Source of the DNA: Alloacidobacterium sp.
GTDB taxonomy: Bacteria > Acidobacteriota > Terriglobia > Terriglobales > Acidobacteriaceae
Length of the DNA stretch: 64,000 nt
NCBI GenBank assembly: GCA_035482895.1
Contig: DATHQH010000061.1
Coordinates: 96-64,095, forward strand
Reading direction: 5' to 3'
Shown here: positions 59,519 through 64,000 of the stretch, piece after piece
Numbering within the stretch: the stretch's first letter is position 1
Layout: every line of letters begins with the position of its first letter
Notes under the pieces: model-generated
Seen by the model: only the letters and a program-made list of their open reading frames with translations
Database searches by the model: none
Told to the model about the DNA's origin: nothing
Position numbers and translations under genes: made by a program

Positions 59519-59748
59519 CGTGCACAGAGTTTATTGCGCAACTGGATGACCTGCTCGAGGAGCGAGTTACGGTAACACTAAGGGCAGATCTTGAAGAACA
59601 CCTGCGCGGCTGCGAGCACTGTGTGATCACGATGAACACGACGCGCAAGACGATTGAGATTTATCGCAATCATGAGATCTATGAGCTGCCGAACGATCTG
59701 CGCGCACGGCTGCAGAAGGCTATCCTGGCGAAGTGCAAGAAGTGCTGA
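59515..59748 (+). CDS. Anti-sigma factor (zf-HC2 type, short cytoplasmic form)
   Basis: The GTG start overlaps the sigma stop (GTGA). The H-x3-C-x2-C motif lies in LEEHLRGCEHC. The protein is 77 aa with no TM segment. Confidence 0.7.
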   Translation: MTCTEFIAQLDDLLEERVTVTLRADLEEHLRGCEHCVITMNTTRKTIEIYRNHEIYELPNDLRARLQKAILAKCKKC

Positions 59749-59849
59749 ATTGAGCAGCCATAGCTTCGCATGTTGCGACGTAGCTCTGCAACGCGCGACG
59801 TGGGCTGAAATTCTTCCGTTACCAGGGCATCTTCGGTAGACTTCCGAGC

Positions 59850-61565
59850 ATGCCCCGGATACGGACCGTTCTATCGCTAGCAATCTGCTCACTTTCTCTT
59901 TTTTCCTTCGCGCAATCCCCGCGCTTTTCCGTCAGTTTCCCCAAAGATCGAAGCGCAGAGCCAATCGACGGCCGCCTGCTGCTGCTGCTTTCCAACGATC
60001 CCTCAGAAGAACCCCGCATGCAGATCGATGACACGCCGCGGACGCAGATGGTCTTTGGCGTCACCGTCGATGGGCTGAAACCGGGACAGGCTGCCACCGT
60101 CGATGAGACGGCGTTCGGCTATCCCATTCGCAGCCTGAGGGACGTGCCTGCCGGCGATTACTACGTACAGGCCGTTCTGAACCGCTATGAAACCTTCCAT
60201 CGCTCCGATGGCACGACGGTGAAGTTGCACATGGATCAGGGCGAGGGACAGCATTGGAATATCTCGCCCGGCAATCTCTACAGCAAGCCGAGGAAGATTC
60301 ACGTCGGTCCCGGCTCGACTGCTTCACTATCGCTCGACCAGGAGATTCCGCCGATTGCCGAGCAGAAAGACACAAAATATGTCCGGCATATCAGGGTTCA
60401 GAGCCAGTTGCTGACGAAGTTCTGGGGACGGCCTATGTACCTGTCGGCGGTTGTGCTGGTGCCGGAGGGTTTCGACGAGCATACGGAGGCCCGCTTTCCG
60501 CTCATTATTTTTCACGATCACTTTGTTGAGGGCTTCGATGATTTCCGCACCGAGCCACCCGATCCAAACCTGAAGCCCGACTACAGCGAGCGTTTCCACA
60601 TCTCCGGCTACAACCGGATTCAACAGCAGGAGGCGTACAAATTTTATCAGCAGTGGATCAGTCCTAAATTTCCGCGCGTGCTGATTGCGAAGATTCAACA
60701 CGCCAATCCGTTTTATGACGATTCCTACGCAGTAAACTCGGCCAACCTCGGTCCCTACGGCGATGCGATCGAGACGGAGCTGATCCCGGCTATCGAAAAG
60801 CAGTTTCGCGGAATCGGCCAGGGGTGGGCGCGCTTTCTTTATGGCGGCTCGACGGGCGGATGGGAATCGCTGGCCGTGCAGGTCTTCTATCCCGATCACT
60901 ACAACGGCACATTTGCCGCCTGCCCGGATCCGATCGATTTTCGCGGGTACACAACGATCAATCTCTACGACGACACCAACGCTTTCTTCATTCAGGGAGC
61001 GCATAAGCAAGTCCCGCAGCCTTCCATGCGCAACTACCTTGGGCAGACGCTGGCACAGCAGCGGGACAACAACGCGTATGAGCTGGCACTGGGCGATCAT
61101 GGACGATCGGGCGAGCAATACGATATCTGGCAGGCTGTGTATGGGCCGGTTGGAGCCGACGGCTACCCGCAGCAGATCTTCGACAAAGAGACGGGCGTGA
61201 TCGATCACAAGGTCGCTGATTACTGGCGCGAGCACTATGACCTCCGCTCCGTCATGGAGAAGAACTGGCCGACACTCGGACCCAAGCTACAGGGGAAAAT
61301 ACATATCTACGTGGGAAGCGCGGACACGTACTTCCTGAACAACGCTGTCTACTACATGGAAGATTTTCTGAAGTCGACGACCAATCCTCCATACGATGGC
61401 GAGGTGAAGTACGGTGATAAGGCCGAGCACTGCTGGAACGGCGATCCGACGCAGCCGAACTATATGTCGCGGCTGCACTACAACACGATGTATCTGCCGA
61501 AGATACTGGACCGCATCGAAAAGACGGCCCCGCAGGGAGCGGATTTGACGAGCTGGCGGTATTAG
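59850..61565 (+). CDS. Secreted alpha/beta-hydrolase (putative esterase family) protein
   Basis: The signal peptide is MPRIRTVLSLAICSLSLFSFAQS. The nucleophile-elbow-like motif is FLYGGSTGGWESL (GxSxG). Confidence 0.6.
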   Translation: MPRIRTVLSLAICSLSLFSFAQSPRFSVSFPKDRSAEPIDGRLLLLLSNDPSEEPRMQIDDTPRTQMVFGVTVDGLKPGQAATVDETAFGYPIRSLRDVPAGDYYVQAVLNRYETFHRSDGTTVKLHMDQGEGQHWNISPGNLYSKPRKIHVGPGSTASLSLDQEIPPIAEQKDTKYVRHIRVQSQLLTKFWGRPMYLSAVVLVPEGFDEHTEARFPLIIFHDHFVEGFDDFRTEPPDPNLKPDYSERFHISGYNRIQQQEAYKFYQQWISPKFPRVLIAKIQHANPFYDDSYAVNSANLGPYGDAIETELIPAIEKQFRGIGQGWARFLYGGSTGGWESLAVQVFYPDHYNGTFAACPDPIDFRGYTTINLYDDTNAFFIQGAHKQVPQPSMRNYLGQTLAQQRDNNAYELALGDHGRSGEQYDIWQAVYGPVGADGYPQQIFDKETGVIDHKVADYWREHYDLRSVMEKNWPTLGPKLQGKIHIYVGSADTYFLNNAVYYMEDFLKSTTNPPYDGEVKYGDKAEHCWNGDPTQPNYMSRLHYNTMYLPKILDRIEKTAPQGADLTSWRY

Positions 61566-61591
61566 CAATTCACGGTGAATGCCGAGAAAAA

Positions 61592-63697
61592 TCAGTGCCC
61601 ACTGTTGAGCGATGCCTGCTTTTGCTGCACCTTATCGACGGCGTCGAGAACGATGCCCGGAGTCAGCACCTCGGGCAGCACGTGCGGCGGCTCCTGCGGT
61701 GATCCCGGATAGATTGCGTAGGTCGGCACGCCGCTGCGCCCGAGCGTGTTGAGCGTCTGCGTGATGGTCTCGTCGGCGTTGGTCCAGTCGGCGCGGAGGA
61801 GCGCGAATCCACCGTTGCGCAGTTTTTCCTGTACGTCGGCGCGGTTCAGAATCACGCGCTCATTTACCTGACAGCTCAAGCACCAGCTTGCGGTGAAGTC
61901 GACGAATACGGGCCGCCCTTGTGCGCGATACTTATCGACCAGAGCAGGCGAGAACGGCTCCCACTGAGAATTGTTCGCGGTGCTTACCGAAGTTGGCGTG
62001 GCGCCAAGCCTACGCACAGCAAAGATGGGCAACGCCACGGCGAGAATGACTACGACGACGGCGGCGGCGGTTGCCGCTCCCTTGGCTGGCCAGCGGCCAA
62101 GAATCCAGCCCGCGACGGCAAGCAACAAAAAGGCGGCGAGCAATCCGGCAAGGGCATTCGTGCCCGCAGACTGCGCAAAAACCCATACCAGCCAGATGAC
62201 GGTGGCGAAGATAGGAATCGAGGTTGCCTGCTTGAGGACCTCCATCCATGCGCCGGGGCGCGGCAGGAGCCGTGTCCATGCAGGATTGAAAGACAGCAGC
62301 AGATACGGCGCAGCTAATCCCAGGGCCAGCGCGGTAAAGACAAAGAAGCTGACAAAGGCCGAGCGAGACAGCGCAAAACCGATGGCTGCTCCCATAAACG
62401 GGGCAGTGCAGGGAGTGGCGACAACCATCGCCAGCACTCCCGTAAAGAAGCTGCCGGCGTAGCCATGCTGTGAGGCCAGGCTGGAACCTTTGCTGGTTAA
62501 GGAAAGACCAATTTCAAACATGCCTGCCAGCGAAAGCCCGAGGAAGAACAACAGCAGCGCGATGACGGCGAGAAAGCTGGGAGACTGGAACTGGAAACCC
62601 CATCCAAGCTGACGGCCACCCGCTCGCAGAACGAGAAGCAGCGCAACGACAATCCAGAACGAGACAAGAATGCCGAGCGTGTAAACCCATCCATGCGCAC
62701 GCAGCTTGTGGCGCTCCTGTTGCGAAGACTGCACCAGCGATAGCCCTTTGATAAAGAGCACAGGGAAGACGCACGGCATCAGATTGAGAATGATGCCGCC
62801 GAGAAACGCCAGACCAGCCACTTTTGCCAGTCCGGCAAATTTGCTGCCAGATGCTTCGGCTGCTGCAATCGTACCCGGAGCCGCATTGATCTCGAAGGCG
62901 CGGCCATCGGCCAGTACAACGAGGCCATGCAGCTGGCTGGGATTCTGCTGCAGGTTCTCATCTTTCTTCAGACTCAATGCGACGCCATTCTCCAGAGGAG
63001 TAACGGTTTGCGGCGCGGCATTGGCGAGCTGGTTCTGATCGAAGGGGAAAAACTGCGCGGCCGATTCACGCTTTCCGGTAAGGATCGCGAGTGTGAAGCC
63101 TGTAGCCGTGGGCGAAAATTTTGCCTGCATGCCTGCGGGCAGCGGTTGCGGCAATGTATGTTGCAGTCGCGCAATAAGCTGTCGATCGGCATCAACGAAC
63201 GTGGGCGAAGACGGCGGCGAGGCTAGCGCCTTGCGCTCGACATCGAGCACGGCTTTACCGGGGATGCAGACCTCGCGACAGACAAGCCAGTCTACCTTTG
63301 CGCTTAAGGTTACGGAATCAGTCGCCGGCTTGAATTTAGGGCTGACCTGCATCGCTATCGGAAAGAGCACTTCGTCTTCGTAGCCAAAGTCCATCAACGG
63401 ACCGAGCGGCAGGCGCTTTGGCGCGGGAAACTGCATTGCATCGGCGGTGATGCCGTCGGGCAGCGTCCAATGAATGCGGGGCGGCTCGCCGGAGTCACCC
63501 GCATTGATCCAGTAGACGTGCCAGCCGGGTTCGAGCTTGAAGTGGAGGCCGGCCGTGAAGCTCTGGCTCGGATAAATCTCCGCAGGAGGCACGACCAGCT
63601 GCACGGTCAGGTGAGTCGTGGTCGCCGTGGGCGCGGACCAGGCAGCAGAGGCGAACATCAGCAGGCACAAAAGCGGAATCAGGATTCGGGCGCGCAT
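61592..63697 (-). CDS. dsbD: Thiol:disulfide interchange protein DsbD/DipZ (DsbD-N domain + CcdA-like membrane core + thioredoxin domain)
   Basis: The membrane Cys motifs are LNLMPCVFPVL and VATPCTAPF. The C-terminal thioredoxin motif is FTASWCLSCQ (CxxC). The signal peptide starts at ATG 63697 (MRARILIPLLCLLMFASAAWS). Confidence 0.88.
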   Translation of the reverse strand: MRARILIPLLCLLMFASAAWSAPTATTTHLTVQLVVPPAEIYPSQSFTAGLHFKLEPGWHVYWINAGDSGEPPRIHWTLPDGITADAMQFPAPKRLPLGPLMDFGYEDEVLFPIAMQVSPKFKPATDSVTLSAKVDWLVCREVCIPGKAVLDVERKALASPPSSPTFVDADRQLIARLQHTLPQPLPAGMQAKFSPTATGFTLAILTGKRESAAQFFPFDQNQLANAAPQTVTPLENGVALSLKKDENLQQNPSQLHGLVVLADGRAFEINAAPGTIAAAEASGSKFAGLAKVAGLAFLGGIILNLMPCVFPVLFIKGLSLVQSSQQERHKLRAHGWVYTLGILVSFWIVVALLLVLRAGGRQLGWGFQFQSPSFLAVIALLLFFLGLSLAGMFEIGLSLTSKGSSLASQHGYAGSFFTGVLAMVVATPCTAPFMGAAIGFALSRSAFVSFFVFTALALGLAAPYLLLSFNPAWTRLLPRPGAWMEVLKQATSIPIFATVIWLVWVFAQSAGTNALAGLLAAFLLLAVAGWILGRWPAKGAATAAAVVVVILAVALPIFAVRRLGATPTSVSTANNSQWEPFSPALVDKYRAQGRPVFVDFTASWCLSCQVNERVILNRADVQEKLRNGGFALLRADWTNADETITQTLNTLGRSGVPTYAIYPGSPQEPPHVLPEVLTPGIVLDAVDKVQQKQASLNSGH

Positions 63698-63897
63698 GTA
63701 CGTGTCTTCTATTGTAGGACGGTGGAACCGCAACAGCGGTTACAAGGCTTTGTATGGGATGAAGGGATGGGCACCAGAATACTGCAAACGCTGCAAAAGC
63801 AGCTTCCTTCGGCTTCGCCCAGGACAGGCTCTTCGCGCTCAGGATGACAAGTCTTTAAATTTTTACGTGGCACCGAAGGGGCGTGTGCCTGGACGGC

Positions 63898-64000
63898 TAG
63901 TCCCACCCGGCAGCCATACGGTCTTTGAGGATGCAGCGGTCCATGACGAGCTTGATGCCGGCAGCTTCGGCGGTGGCAGCAGCTTCGTCGTGCACGATGC
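63898..64000 (-). CDS. CoA-binding domain protein, C-terminal fragment (5' part outside the window)
   Basis: Own translation of the minus strand gives ...IVHDEAAATAEAAGIKLVMDRCILKDRMAAGWD*. The VMDRC motif near the C-terminus is typical of YccU/YneT-type CoA-binding proteins. Confidence 0.55.

Noticed and set aside
60327-61235. 302-aa minus-strand ORF
   Set aside because: It is antisense to the secreted esterase-like gene and has no family resemblance.
1-64000. Mobile-element boundaries (integrase, transposase, tRNA target, flanking direct repeats) for the EPS/PKS-NRPS locus; rRNA and tRNA genes
   Set aside because: I recognised no integrase or transposase motifs in any ORF, and no tRNA-like cloverleaf or rRNA-like segment in the intergenic regions. 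Absence by eye is not proof; tRNAscan-SE or ISfinder would settle it.

Overview
This 64-kb chromosomal window is most likely from an Acidobacteriota (Terriglobia-like) genome. That placement is an inference from gene content: a PadR regulator followed by tandem duplicated MacB/FtsX-type 'ADOP' permeases, sigma-54 control, and an ECF sigma/anti-sigma pair. All calls rest on hand translation and motif recognition; no searches were run.

The left ~36 kb is one large exopolysaccharide (EPS) locus that looks AT-richer than the rest. It starts with a divergent sigma-54 activator and a near-consensus sigma-54 promoter. A ~24.5-kb same-strand gene string (3107..27683) follows:
- XRE-type HTH regulator
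- NusG paralog
- GT26 glycosyltransferase fused to a STAS domain
- processive (QxxRW) GT2
- Wza-like exporter
- Wzc-like co-polymerase with a degenerate P-loop
- 2.8-k-aa hybrid PKS-NRPS (T-KS-AT-ACP-aminotransferase-C-A-T)
- 1.3-k-aa NRPS (C-decayed A-T-TE, with Cys at the TE nucleophile position)
- Sfp-type PPTase
- Wzy-like polymerase
- Wzx flippase
- GT4

A 1710-aa secreted glycan-binding protein is inserted antisense. It has a GH-like N-terminus and three legume-lectin-like domains, two of them preceded by a CHB_HEX_C-like domain. A second block (GT4, GT2, acetyltransferase) follows it. The assembly line nested inside the Wzx/Wzy operon is the main candidate for a novel system, possibly a lipo-amino-acid/peptide-decorated glycan.

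The right ~28 kb contains:
- an Nramp-related transporter with Mg-type (NRMT-like) site substitutions, next to a soluble MgtE-N/CBS protein
- an RsbW/RsbV-type partner-switching pair
- a MerR regulator and a DegT aminotransferase
- PadR plus three tandem ADOP permease paralogs with conserved hairpin elements
- malic enzyme, a VOC protein, Slt-like lytic transglycosylase, an ECF sigma/anti-sigma pair, an esterase and DsbD

I recognised no rRNA, tRNA, CRISPR array, transposase or integrase.
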